Source of the DNA: Psilocybe cubensis
Taxonomy: Eukaryota
Direction: 5' to 3'
NCBI GenBank assembly: GCA_017499595.2
Contig: CM039000.1
Location: forward strand, 2,046,001-2,110,000
Length of the DNA: 64,000 nt
Shown: one piece after another, positions 26,225 through 39,800 of the stretch
Layout: each line of letters starts with the position of its first letter
Numbering within the stretch: the stretch's first letter is position 1
Translations under genes and position numbers: made by a program
The notes under the pieces: model-generated
What the model was told of the DNA's origin: nothing
What the model saw: the letters and a program-made list of their open reading frames with translations, nothing else
Database searches by the model: none

Positions 26225-28012
26225 ATGCCATTCTACAACAGAATCAATAGCCCCGACCCATCTCAACACCCTTACTCGACCATCATGAGCAATTTATTTC
26301 AGCCGGTCTATCCCATGCCCAAAGCAGCGCCAATGACTCCCATCCGACGCAGGAAGCTGATATATTCGTATGCTCCTGACTGGTGAGTCCATGGATCAAT
26401 CACACGAACTAGTTTGATCATCATGTATCTGAATCTAGGGCATTGACAATTGTGCTGGCGTATGTAACCTGAATCATTTGAATTCGGTGCCTCATTGATG
26501 AGTTATCCAGCGCATTCTTCTTCTCTTTGGACAAGGTAGATGGTTACCGAAGAGTATTCTCCTTGGAAGATTCGTCGTGAGTGCCTGTTCGTCATTATTA
26601 GTTCTTGGTCAGACCTGACATCATCTTGAATCAAAGAATTCGCCACCCGTAAGCGCCTTACCAAACTTCTTCATTAATTCAAAAATCTAAAGTTTATCAT
26701 TTCCAGCTACGCGGTACATGAACGCGTTCCTGTACGTTTTCCTGATATGTAAGAGCCGAACAATCTTTAACTTTTAGTTATAGAATGTTGCACTGTATTT
26801 CATCTGCTTTGTTGCGCCGTTTCTCATTATGCCAATCGTCAACTTCATCACTGTCCGGTCCTGGTGGGATTTCCACAATAGTAAGCTTTGGCCACCTTCC
26901 TTTACTTAGCCAAACAATAACCCCTATTGCGTACAGGTTCCCTAGGGTGTATGTAGATAGTCTCATACCTCAAAGCGTTCTCTGACACGAATTACAGTAA
27001 TTCTTGGGTTGTCGATGACCGGCTCTTTGACTCAAATTGTTAAAATCACTGTTGGACGGCCTCGACCAGGTATCAACAATGTTCAGTTCATCTAACAAGC
27101 TTGAGTGCTTACATCTGGCAATCTATCATAGACCTCCTTGACCGATGCAAGCCACCTCCAGGACTAACAGACCCCCCATATGGCTCCACGGATTGGACCG
27201 TTTGCACGCAAACTGACAATGGTATTTTGAGAGATGGGTTCCGAAGTTTCTTCTCTGGCCATTCTAGCAGTGAGTTTGGATAGTCACTACGGAATCTTCC
27301 ACAATACATTTTTGCTCAATATAAATCTATAGTGTCTTTTGCTGGACTAGGCTTTTTAGCATATTATTTGGCGGGCAAAGTGCATCTATTTGACAATAGA
27401 GGCCACGCGGTTAGTCTTTCATATATGTTTGTAGACGTCCGATACTTAAATTTCTCAGAGTAAAGCGTGGTTGGCACTTTCTCCGTTCATGGCAGCTTCA
27501 TTAGTGGCTATCTCTCGTACTATGGATTATCGCCGTCAGTACATGCTTATGTTCGTAATAAAATCACCAATAAGGACTGACGTTACAACGGTATAGATCA
27601 CTGGCAAGATGTGCTAGTTGGCTCACTTGTTGGAACCTTCTTCGCATTCTTTACCTATCGTCAATATTATCCGCCTCTTTCATCTGAGCTCTCTCACCGT
27701 CCCTATTCCCCTCGCATCAAGAGGGAAGACAACGATCGTGCTGTTCTTCCTACTCATATTGACCAATTTAATGGTCAAACGAACATCGGTAACAGGCATC
27801 AATACTCGGATAGTACCGATGATCATTTCGAATTGGCTGGAACGGTTCCTCGACCACCTGGACCTGGTAGATTGGAAAACGTCTGGAAGCAAGGAGCGGG
27901 AAGCCCCGATTTGAGCCAGGAAGATGTTGTGGCAGGTGGCTCGGCGAACATTCAATCTACTTCGGGCGGTGCTTTCGTTCCTTTGAGGAACCCGGGGACA
28001 ACGATGACGTGA
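26225..28012 (+). CDS. PAP2-family lipid phosphate phosphatase (DPP1/LPP1-like)
   Basis: Catalytic motifs KITVGRPRP, SFFSGHSS and SRTMDYR|HHWQDV; multiple TM segments; many short exons. Confidence 0.92.
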
Positions 28013-30019
28013 GTGTTGAAGGGGTACGGAATGGACAATCGTTTTCTCGCCTTTAGGGCTTGCACACCGTGTTTTCTTTCTTAATATGTGAATTTGACCT
28101 CTCTTTTATCTACGCGAACCCCACAAATAAATTTTATAAACCGGTTGCAGAATAAAACACTCACTAACTTAACTGTGGACTTCACACCTACGATGTCCAG
28201 GGAAAATTTTGGCACCTAGTAACAACTCGGACAACACAGATTACTTAGTTCTTATCATGCTTCGGTAAAGTTGGCATTTAGGCCGGTCTCCCCCTAATGC
28301 TTCTAAATTCTGATGTGTGATATTTTCTCAAAGAAAAAGAGATTCTAGGCTTTGTTGGAGACTCCTGGTTGCTTAAGCGCCACGCACGAAGTCCACTTGT
28401 CCCTTGTCCGAAGTCGTTAATCTCGGCCACAGCCAGCCACAGCCGTAGATAATCATGGATACCCTCGGCGATGTGGAACCTCATCGCAGCGCGGCTTCTT
28501 AGTTTACCCCTCAATTGCAGAGTTAACAAGAAATTTACTGGATACCTACACGAAGGACCCAGAAAAGTCACCTAGGAAGATATGAAAGCTTCTTCATTTA
28601 TGTCAGACGACCACTGAGCCGTTTAACTGGGGCGATAATCGATGCAGGGACGCTCATCTTTCAGCCTTGCGGCGTTTCTAATCATGTCAAGGGCACGTTT
28701 TTTATGAGGCCTTAATTCGTGTGTTGACGATCTTGATTCCTGAGCTCAGGTACTTACTGTATGATGCTAAGACACACGCATAGTATACTTGGTTCTGAGA
28801 CCAGTGTCGAGCGACTATATAGTATGTAGTCGACCCGGCCTTGGGAATAATTTTTGTCTTGTTCAATTTTTCGATTCTCTCTTCCGAATTCAATAGTAAT
28901 GCTTGCATGACCTCTATAATTGCCTATCTCGAAATCAATATGAAATCGTTGATATTTTTACAATCCCATAGGCATAGTTTGTAGAACGGTTGGGCAAAGC
29001 TTGGTTCTATTATATTTATGTCAGTGGGAATTCATCGCGAAAGAAAACGCGGAGAACATGCGGCGGGTGACATGAACACAACGCCTGATTCGTTAGCGTT
29101 GTCGCTCCGGATTTTGTTAAAAAGTAAGAAAAAGGGAATGTCTGATAGTATGAAGCGGTTCAAATGGTATCTATTTCTTTGCGATGACCATACGGCTAAC
29201 CGGTAGATAGAGCCGCAGTGTGGCGTACGTATGTACCTCGACCCGCAAAGACACCGGTGATCCATCAGCGATCACATCGCAAGGTCTATTTCCCCAACAT
29301 CTAGGTTGATCTGGGGACTGTGCAAAAATTCCCATATGATGTAGAAAAAAGGACCAACAACAACAGTGAAGACAAATTAAGGATCCAGTCTTGACAGCAA
29401 ATCATTGGTGTATTGTAACTTTCTTGTAAAACCCTCAGTCAGGTGGATTTGAGGATATCCTTCAGGACACATAATAAACCACGTATGGGCAAGCGTGTCC
29501 TCTGGAGAAGAGATAGCGTTGGGATTGGTCGATCGTAAGTCCGAAAGACTCACAACGGTCTAGCGCGTGTGAGACGGAAAGTTAAAATACAGAACAACTA
29601 GGTATGTTCCGACCGACTCTCATGAAGTTGAAAAGGAATAATCAAAGACGACGGTCGCACAAGAAAAGCATAGACTTAACTCTATCCAGAGTAATCTCAG
29701 AGCTGATAACAATCTATATTGGGCGTCAGCGTTCGTTAAGAAGCGCCCCTTACCTTTAACCTCAAAACTCAAGTCCAGGTTAAATACTTTTCATCGGCCA
29801 TAATGAAGAGAAAAATTCAATAATTTGTAGTGCGACATTTCGATAACATGACTCACGTTAGCAGAGGCGAAACAACATGCTTCCCGTTCTGACCTAAATC
29901 AGGTGGATTTGGGCAGGCGTCAAGTTCGTCCTCCAAAAGTGCAAGGTCAAAAAATGGCCGCTCATGGAGGACGCCTATAAACAATGAAATACCTGTAACG
30001 GCAAAATTAAAGAAATTAA

Positions 30020-32064
30020 TTAATCGTACTCTTCTTGGTATCGAGAATCCGATACGATATGATCAAGTGTTGGTGGACTCCAATTTTCAAGGGCAAAATC
30101 TGCCTCTTGAGCTACCGTGTCTCCAGACATCAGCGACGCGTAATAACGACGATACGCATTTGAAGTAGTAGTTTCGTCGGCTGAGTGTAAATCATCGTCG
30201 TCATCGACCAAACTAGCGTCTAGGCCAGCAGCAATGGTGCTTCGATGCTCATCTTCCAAGATAAGAACATTGTCTTCCGCTTCAAACGAGTTGTCATTGA
30301 AGGTATTTTCGCTGAGGTCTGGGCCGTTGTCTTCATGATGACGCTCAGCCATGAACAGTGCAAGAGCTTCCAGATTGAGACGCGATTTTTTTCGCGGATT
30401 TAAAGGCGTTCCGTGTAGGATTTCATCATTCTTTCCTGATGCATTGTACTTCTTACGTCCCGGTTGTTGGTCATTGTGCAGATTATTCTCATCTTCGTCT
30501 TCTAACCAACCGAATTTTTCTCTAAGTGTCGAGATTTCTGAATCCGGACGGATTAGCTTCTCGAGTTCTCCTTCAACGAAAAGATCTTCATCGGGAATAT
30601 GAGCTTCATCCACGCCACCGCGATCATGGGCGAGAAGCTGCAAGCGGGTAGGCGCCTGGAAGGCGGGGGAACCAGTTCGACTAGCAAGAATGTAGCCAGC
30701 AAGTGGAAGGTAAGACATCAGAGAAGAGGTGGACCGTTCTTGATGCGATGACAATGACGTCCCAGTCGGGTCGAGAAGAAACTGGGCAGCATGCGACATT
30801 GGACTGCTTAGCCTTGGTCTTTTAGAGGGCGGTGGTGAAGTTCCACTAGATTGATTGCAGTTATCTTCTTCTTCTTCTACCTCAAGGTCTAGTTCTAGTG
30901 ATGGTTTTGATTTTTGTTGAAAAAGGTCTTCATGAAACTTTATTGCGTCTTTCAAACCCCTAGCCACTATGAGACGTTTGGAATTTTTTGCGCGACCATT
31001 TTTGTTTTCATATTTTTCCAACCAAGGTATTTTTGCGATCCATGTTGCAATTATGTCCTGAATGGATTTGTAACGCGCCATAACGACGTTTTTTGAAACG
31101 TGGTTGGGAGTGCCCAGGTATTGTGCAAGGTCACTGAGTGGATTAAAGACTGCTCGTTTTTCGGCTTCTAATGCCAAAATGAATATACCACAAGCTGTGG
31201 GCGGCGTAGGCAACCGGAGGACATCATGGTCGGGACAAAGTCTGGCGAGGGTTTGCCCAAGGGCAGTCGCGATATTGGCAGCAGAACGTAAGCACACATT
31301 CCCCAGAGAGTTGACCAGAGTAGAAGGAAGGGAAGAGTCTTGTCTAGAATCTTGATGAATTGCAGAAGCGATATGTGCCTGGAGAGTAGACATATGCACG
31401 GATGGATCAGCGAAGGGGAGAGATAGACCGAGTGCCGATGTAATGGCCATAAACTGGCGTGAAATAGAAGTTGGTGGGACATCGGCTATTAAAGCAATGT
31501 CGTGAAGTGAATCGGGACGGCTGGACTCGCGCAAAGCGATGGCCAAACAAGCTGCAGCTACGGCCCTAGACTTCTTCCCCCAGCGAAAGCTACTGGCGGA
31601 TTTTACCTGATTAAAGAGAGTTGTAGCACGCGGTGATAGACCGGAAGCGTTGAGTGACACCGCGAGAGATTTAATGAACTCGGCAATAGCATACTGTGAC
31701 GAAGGATAGTGAGTGAGAGAGAGGATATTAAAAACGATAAATATAGAGGGGTGGGACTGGAGGCGTGGATGATGCGAAACGGATTGCCAAGGAGCAGGAG
31801 ACTCACCGAATTCTTTCTGTCCCTTGATTCCTTGCCCTGGCCCGCGAGGTCCCAATTGTTGCGGGTGCGGAGACTTTTGAGGGTCGTGGAAGCCGATGGA
31901 TCCCAAAGCGAAGGTTCCAAGGTATCATTCTGATGCAGGTACGACGAGGAAGACAGAAGCGACTGGGATGGGTCGGCAAGAGAGCCACAGGATGTACATA
32001 CGGCAGAGGCGACGCTGGCGTCCCAGACTGTGGAGGCCGAGCATTGGAGACAGCCAGCGGACAT
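30020..32064 (-). CDS. Divergent TFIIB-related factor (BRF family; BRF2-like architecture)
   Basis: N-terminal Zn ribbon CLQC...VCTSCGSL; intron ~31695-31806; cyclin repeat 1 FRWGKKSRAVAAACLAIALR...PDSLHDIA; repeat 2 RLPTPPTACGIFILALEA; C-terminal DEDLF.EGELEKLIRPDSEI segment. Confidence 0.8.
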
Positions 32065-32220
32065 GTGAATGGATAGCCGACAACGAGGACGAACAGGCGA
32101 GAGATTCTGTCTTTATCTGAGATCACGTGGATCAAATTGGTCCGATTCTTGCATCAGTTTGGGACCAAGGCAGACTTGCCATTTGGGGATAGCAACCCCA
32201 GACCTGCATTACCAGATTCC

Positions 32221-32227
32221 TATATAA
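32221..32227 (+). promoter_or_regulatory. TATA box of the trehalose phosphorylase gene
   Basis: TATATAA 47 nt upstream of the ATG, followed by a pyrimidine-rich leader. Confidence 0.5.
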
Positions 32228-32267
32228 TCTCTCCACCTGCCCACTTTTCATTTCTCCAACCACTATC

Positions 32268-35130
32268 ATGGCCCATCTTTCCTACTCGTTCGAGTCTGTT
32301 CCCTCCGCCGCGGTCAGGCGCAGGCTTTCATCCAGCGTCTCCAACGACAAGAGGCCCCATGTCCCCTCCACCTTTGCCAGTTTGACTGCAAGTCCACTTA
32401 GCCATCTTGTCTGCCTCTTACTTATTAACAATTACAATATTAGCCCATGTGGGCTGCTGTCGCTGGCGCAGTCATTAACAATAATACCCAATACGAGATC
32501 GCAGTCTCCATCCACGACTCGGTCTACAGCACCGATTTCGCATCCATTGTGATTCCATTCAACGCGAACAACCCGGACAAAAATGCCAAAGAAATCGAGC
32601 AATATGTACTTCAAACTCTCCGCAAGTTCTCTGTTGGTCATCTCTGCAAGTTTTTGGGAGCCGGTGTCACCTTGTCGCTCCTCAAGGAGGTATTGATATC
32701 CGTTGTCCTCTCTGCGATCAGTAGATTGACGCGCGTCGTTTCGCTCTAGTCCCCCAATTTATGCACTCGACTTTGGCTTGATATGGACATTGTTCCATAT
32801 GTTTTCAATATCAAACCTTTCCACACAGATTCTTTGACCAGACCCAACATCAAACACCGTGTTTCTTCAACGACTGGCTCGTATGTACCATCTGGAACCG
32901 AAACTCCTACTGTATATGTCGACTCTGCACACTTGACCGCTATGTCTGGCCTTCAGGCAGGCGTAAGCGGACGTCTTCCAATTCCACGCACTATAGACGA
33001 GCAGGCTGATTCGGCAGCCCGTAAATGTCTAATGCACTTTGGTCCTGGTAACAACCCCCGACTTACCATCGGTCCTCGTAATCAGGTCATGGTAGATGCT
33101 GGTGGAAAGGTCCATCTGCTCGATGATCTTGACGAATACAAGGCTACAGTCGGCATTAGGTAAAATAGAAGCCATTTCATCGATAAGTGATTTAATCTCT
33201 TTGACATCTCAGGACGTGGAACGCCGTTATCAAGCTCGCTGATGAACTACGGGAGAAGAAAGTCAAGATTGGATTTTTCTCTTCTACCCCACAAGGAGGT
33301 ACGTCCGTGTCATAACTTCTCCACCGTTTCCAACAACCTTATCTTTTTGTTTTTAGGTGGTGTCGCCCTCGTATGTGTTCCTTAACTATAAATAAATATA
33401 AGCTAATCTATTTATATCAGATGCGCCACGCGTTGATTAGATTCTTGACGGCGCTTGACGTCGATGCTGCTTGGTCAGTACCACCCTTGTTTTCGGTTTC
33501 TCGCTGTCAGCTTACGCCTACACTCATAGGTATGTTCCAAACCCGTCGCCGAGTGTTTTCCGTACCACCAAGAACAACCACAACATCCTCCAAGGAGTTG
33601 CTGCACCGGACCTTCGTCTCACACAAGAAGCTAAGGACGGTTTTGACGCCTGGATATTAAAAAACGGCTTGCGTTGGACAGCAGAAGGCGGTCCATTAGC
33701 ACCTGGAGGTGTTGATATTGCCTTCATCGGTAAGTTCTGTTAATGTGATGTCAAAGTCTACGTTAATTTCTTGCTAGATGATCCACAAATGCCTGGTCTT
33801 ATTCCTCTTATCAAAAAAATCCGACCTGAACTTCCTATTGTTTATCGTTCTCATATCGAAATCCGAAGTGACTTGGTTCACGTACCAGGATCTCCCCAGG
33901 AAGAGGTCTGGAAATACTTGTGGAACAACATTCAACTTGCGGATCTTTTCATCAGTCAGTCCTCTTCCTTTTTAGGACTCAGTCTTAGTTGACTCTTCAA
34001 CAGGCCACCCGGTTAGCAAGTTCGTCCCCAGCGATGTGCCCACCGAAAAGCTTGCACTACTCGGCGCTGCAACAGACTGGTATTTATTCCCTTTATTTGA
34101 ATATCCTATATTTAACGTTGTATGTTTTTATATAGGCTTGATGGCCTCAACAAAGAACTCGACCCGTGGTACGTAAATTTGGCACTTGCTGCATCGTTTT
34201 CAGCCTTAAATTGATGTAACTATAGGGATTCTCAATACTACATGGGAGAATTCAGAGCTCTCTGTGCAAAGGAGAAGATGAACGAACTTCGCTGGCCAGA
34301 ACGCGATTACATCGTACAAGTTGCTCGCTTTGATCCAGCCAAGGGTCTGTCTTAATCACCAACTTTATCTATCAATTTCATTAACAAAGATATCAGGCAT
34401 CAACAACGTCATCGACTCTTATTACAAATTCCGTAACCTTCTCAAAGAGAAATCCCCTGATCTGTCTGACGAAGAGCACCCTCAACTCTTGCTTTGTGGG
34501 CATGGCGCGGTTGATGATCCTGACGCTAGCATTATCTACGATCAAGTCATGCAGCAAGTCAATTCCGAGCCATACAACAAGTATGTTAAGGACATTGTTG
34601 TCATGAGGCTCCCTCCGAGCGATCAATGTAAGTTCATCTTCTTTACTGCAGGTTGTGTAATCTCACCGTAGACGGCAGTGTTGAATGCTTTGATGGCCAA
34701 CTCTAGAATTGCTTTGCAATTGTCAACTCGCGAAGGGTTCGAGGTGAAGGTTTCCGAAGCTCTTCACGCTGGAAAGCCCGTCATTGCCTGTCGCACCGGT
34801 GGCATTCCTCTCCAAATTGAAGATGGCAAATCTGGTTATCTGACTACCCCCGGCGATAACGATGCTGTCGCTGGTCACCTCTACGACCTTTACACCGACG
34901 TGGAGAAATACAGGGAAATGAGCCAGTACGCGAAAACTCACGTGTCTGACGAGGTGTCGACTGTTGGTAATGCAGCTGCGTGGTTGTACCTTGCCGTGAT
35001 GTACAACCGTGGTATCAAGATCAAACCCAACGGCGCTTGGTTGAATGATATGTTACGCGCGGAGACAGGAGAAGAATACGTCGAAGGCGAGCCCCGACTG
35101 CCTCGCGGTGGTCTAAACATGCAGGGATGA
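32268..35130 (+). CDS. Trehalose phosphorylase/synthase (glycosyltransferase family 4)
   Basis: RRRLSS..., SLT|PMWA, FFSSTPQGG|GVAL|MRHAL, DDPQMPGLIP, RSHIEIRSDL, QVARFDPAK, QLSTREGFEVKVSEAL; typical basidiomycete trehalose phosphorylase. Confidence 0.95.
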
Positions 35131-35541
35131 TCAGCCTTTTTGCTCTGGTTTAGTATCGACATCTGCTTATAGAAAACGTTGTCCGTCATCTCACTGATCT
35201 GTAGAGTAAATTGTAAAACCATACCTTCCAAAATGTATTCCCCTGTGTACAGTCGCAACTGTACAGTCATGATTGTAGATAAATAGATATGAAATTGCTT
35301 TGCCTTGTAAAAGCTTCGCGGATTTTGTTTATAATGGCAACGCCCTCATTGCTGAGCGTATTTGATGTTTCCGAAAGGGCACGGGAGTCCGGAACGAAGA
35401 TGTATTGACTTGAAAGGCCGCTCCCGGAGTTTTCCAGGCTTGAGCTTGAGGCCTCAGGCCTTTGACTTCCTTTTGACCAATCCAAGCCACATGCCTCTGT
35501 AGACCCTTTATTCTTTAGGTAGACATATTCCGGGTCACCAC

Positions 35542-36465
35542 ATGGCAGTAGATCATAAGCTTCCTTCTTTGCGTCCATCACACAGAGGTTTCCACAAGTT
35601 GGGAATGAATTCAAGCAAGAGAGCGCGTTCTCCAGAAGAGGGTGGGGGTGACAGGCCTTCGGTGCGTATGTAGATTTATCTTATATCAATGTTGGAAGCT
35701 TATTTTTTTATTAAATGTCTAGAAAAAGCCTACTTTGGCCATAGGTGGAATTACTGACCGTGTCAATGATCGTCATTTGAGCGTGAGCTCAACGAGCAGT
35801 AGTCGACAGCCTTCTGAGGATTGGGTGCAACAGACAGGAGGGCTCTCTATCGACAGCCCTCTTTATGCTGCATCTGATCACGACAATTCCTTTGCATCGA
35901 GATCTGGACAGAATATTGGGGATGTGGATATGGTGAGGAAGTATTCAAACACTTTGGACCCTTCCCGTTTATTGTTTTGAAGGTCATGGATTCTGAGGAA
36001 AGTAACGAAAACGTGCACACAGACTTGGAAAAGCCACAACTTTCTCCTCTCCATATTGTGTCATACCCCCTTTCAAAACCTGAGCAACATATACAAGATC
36101 AGCACCCTTCACAGCAAGGTCCAAGTAGCTCCCCTCGACATCAATACTCAACGCGCTATGCTGAAAGGGTGTTTGGTCCGACCGTGCCACCGCTTATAAA
36201 CGTCGTCCCAGCGACTCCCATTAGTGTTCAACATCCATCACAGCACCGGGTTGATAGCAGTGATAATTCATCTGGATTGATGTTTTCGCTGTCACAACCA
36301 TCCACTCCACCTCCTTCTGACATTGCGCCAATGTCTGTCTCGCCTGCAGCCTCCTTTGCTCAACTAGGATCCGTAATGTCGCCGAAAAGACGCGTCGTTT
36401 TCGGTCCACGATCAAATTGTGAGAAATGCAGAGCTGGTGAACGTCACTTTATACATTACGAATAA
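35542..36465 (+). CDS. Hypothetical disordered protein with C-terminal CxxC..H..H motif
   Basis: Three exons: SKRARSPE...RPS|KKPTL...PSEDWVQQTGGLSIDSP...|...FGPRSNCEKCRAGERHFIHYE*. Start is 35542 or the in-frame ATG at 35605. Confidence 0.65.
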
Positions 36466-36856
36466 ACGTCACGGATCCCCAAGGTTAGAAATTTGCTAGA
36501 CATCGATATTTGATTTATCATTCACCAATTCTCAAATTACCCACCTATTACGCATTGCTATTGCTATTGCTGTTGTCTGCTGTTGTCTACGCACTTGATA
36601 CCTGTACTAATCGCTGATCACCTAATATCAAAAGCAATATCATTTTTTCCGTTCGAGTTTGCTATCTGTTCATGGCGTTGAAGTTCTTAGTTTCAATTGC
36701 GAATACGTCATACTTAACTGTCTTCAATCTTCTGCAGTGCTTGGCACCGGCTTTCGTTATAAGCAATACCAAATACGCCCATCAATCTAATCACGGGATA
36801 CGTAAAAAAAAGTTAGAGAAATGCAAGTTGTCGAGCGCGCCGACCCCACAAAAGTA

Positions 36857-39800
36857 ATGACCACGACACTTCCTCTCTTCTGGCATCTTTCATCTGCATC
36901 CAAGAAGGAACGTATAGATGCTTCAGTAAAACTTGTCGGATCTTTGGAGCAATTTCAAGCTCAATTTACTCAAAAGGTCGCACCAGTATCCTCAGTTTCT
37001 GACGACGAAGATGATGCCGACGATACACCAAAATCAGATGGACTTGATTTGCTCAACGCTCAGGACGTGTCCTACTCAATACGGAGGCTTATTAGAGGTC
37101 TAGCCAGTTCGAGGGAAAGTAGTAGATTGGGTTTTGCGGTGGCTCTTACCGAGGTGAGTTCACTGTTTAATTGTCATATACTTTGATTTTTGATTTGTTC
37201 ATCTTTTTGTCTTTGATAGCTTCTATCTCGTATAGACACAGTGACATGCTCCCAGATATTGAGTATCATTGTTGAAAGCACCAAACATCAAGGATCCATG
37301 ACCGGCCAAGAAGAACGCGATGTTATGTTCTCCAAGTTATTTGGCGTCATGTCGGTCATCCAGTCTGGCCTTATTGTACGAACAAAACCTCTTGCTACTT
37401 CTGCTTCGTCTTCTACTTCCGCTTCGTCCGCGGAAAGTTATGAGCAAATCATTACTCTCCTCGTTGAACTCGGCGAAAAGAAATCTTGGCTACGGGAGAG
37501 TGCTTGGTTTGCCATTAGTTTGGCAGTAAGCGCGTTGCATCAATCTGAAGTTCCTTGGAAGGATACAGCTGTCGATAAAACAGTCCAAATACTCTTCGTC
37601 TTAAATACTGTGTGGTCAACGGAGAAGATTGCATTGGCTCTGATACTTCAAGAGTATTATCCCAAACACGACTGGAAAGTAGTCCTCTCACCGCACTTCA
37701 AAAGTCCGGATCTATTAAGTTCAGGAAATCTTTTGGTGATTTCGCGAATCTTGAAGGCTAGTCAATCTTAATAATTATTCTCGACTTACTTATTATTTTT
37801 TCAGGAATCAACAGCCGACGAAGACGGCTCCAAGGATCCCAGCAAAGCCCCAAGCGGTACTTGGAAACCACAGGTCAATTTTGCTTGGGATATCATTCTC
37901 GACCAGTTGTTGCCTGGCCCCAACTCCTCAAAACCTCCCAAAGGTTCTTTTCAAGATTTCTTCAGGATTGTTGTTGATGGTATGCATACCATAACCGATG
38001 TGATGCTGGAAGTCAAGAACTAACATTACTGTGAAGAATCACTGTTCTCTTCAACAGCTTCTTCCCAGCGGAAGTACTGGGGTTTCCAGGTGTTCCAGAA
38101 GTCTTTGAAGAGGGTATCCGAAGACACCATGCCCATGTTGTTTACGAAAAACTTTATGAGATCGTGGATCAATCATCTCTCTAAAAAAGACCGATACCTG
38201 CACAAAATTGCCCAACAAACGGTTAGCTATTCCTCACAAATACTTATGTTCTATATTTATCATTATATGTTCTAGGCTACAGAGGTTCAAACCTTCGTCG
38301 AAAGAAAGCCGCAATTAGGCTTTGCACTAATTCTGCAACTCACCGGAGTCAATGGGAGTCAACAATTTGACAAATTGACTAGGACCAAGACCGTCGAGTC
38401 TATACTACCATCCCTCGATTCAAAAGGAATTCAAAGTTATATCGACCATCTTCTAGCACAAGTCAACGAACCTGAAAATAGTGGGTGAGTTATGTAAGGA
38501 CGTCAACTTTCTCCAAGTCACTTAGAGGTCCGCATAGGGTTGATATTGCCGCCACCAATTCACGAAGAGCATGGATCATTGAACAGCTCGGTGGTTTAAT
38601 TCGAAATGGTAAAATTCCCAAAGAAGATGAATGGGTTCTTTCCGTTTTGAATTGGTATGTTGTCAACGGCCTTTTCGTTATCAAAAAGAAATCATCGAAG
38701 AGCCCTATCATTCCGGTCAGTTCAAGCGTCTCTGTCAACTTTCGAAGAGTCATTTATGCCGATTTCAGCTTCGCACGATTCCAAATCCCGTTTTCTCTGA
38801 CGACCTAAGGCGTAGTTGTCGTGATCGTTTGTTAGCGTGTTTAAGCGACCTCGGCGGTCAGGTAACTGCTATTAAACATGGTGCGCATTCTACATGTCAT
38901 CCAAACACACTTTACCCTATATCTATCCTACAGACGACAAGGTAACGAGAATCAACGCCGTTGCTTCTGATGGTGAATTCTGGGTTGCAAAAGTTCTATC
39001 AACCATCGAGTCACTGGAACAGGATGAAAAGCATGTTGAGGCCATTGTTGAAGTCGATAAAGAGGATGCAGCTCTATTCGCCAAAGCCCACCAAACAATA
39101 GCCAAACTACGAAAAGTAAGGATTTCCTGCTCCTGGCCTTTCATGTGTTGATATCATTTTAGGTCTTACATGGTAAATCGGAAGCAGCTCAAGGTGCCGA
39201 ATTGCTTCTGCTCGGAACTTTATTAGAACGCCGTTGTGTTGGTGAGGACGATGATAACGGGGAGTCCGATTCTCTAGAGGTATGCCTTGCTATTCTTCCA
39301 TACCTTATCATTGTTGAATGTTGTATAGATATGCATTGAAGCTATTTCGCGCATGCTTCTTTCTGATAACAAGAAGAAGAAGAAAACTAAAGAGTCTACA
39401 GAGGAATCTGATCACGAGCCAGTCGATGTCCTCGTCGATACAATTATCGGATTCTTAGAGAAGTCAACTGCATATATGCGCACAATCGGCAACCAGGTTT
39501 TCGCTTTGCTATCAGGGTCAATCAAGGAATCCACCATTGATCTTATTGTAACGGTCAGTTTGGTGTTTGGTTTTCAACGATTATTTGTATTCAATTGATT
39601 TCGTGTGTAGCAATTGGAAAGACGAGATCCATCCCAACTTGCGGAAGACGATGAAGACGATGAAGATGACGACATGGAAGATGTTGAGGACGAAGAAGGC
39701 GACGAAGAATCAGACTCTGATGAAGACAGCGGACAGGGAGATGAAATTTCTTCAGAGGATGGTGACGATGAAGAGGACCCGGAGCTAAGACGTAAAATCG

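Noticed and set aside
28013-30019. 2-kb gene-free gap with a repeated TCAGGTGGATTT (~29439, ~29899) and a faint DSWLLK...CP RING-like phrase (~28360)
   Set aside because: No coherent ORF, terminal repeats or RNA motif; the 12-mer pair and the peptide resemblance are too weak to call.
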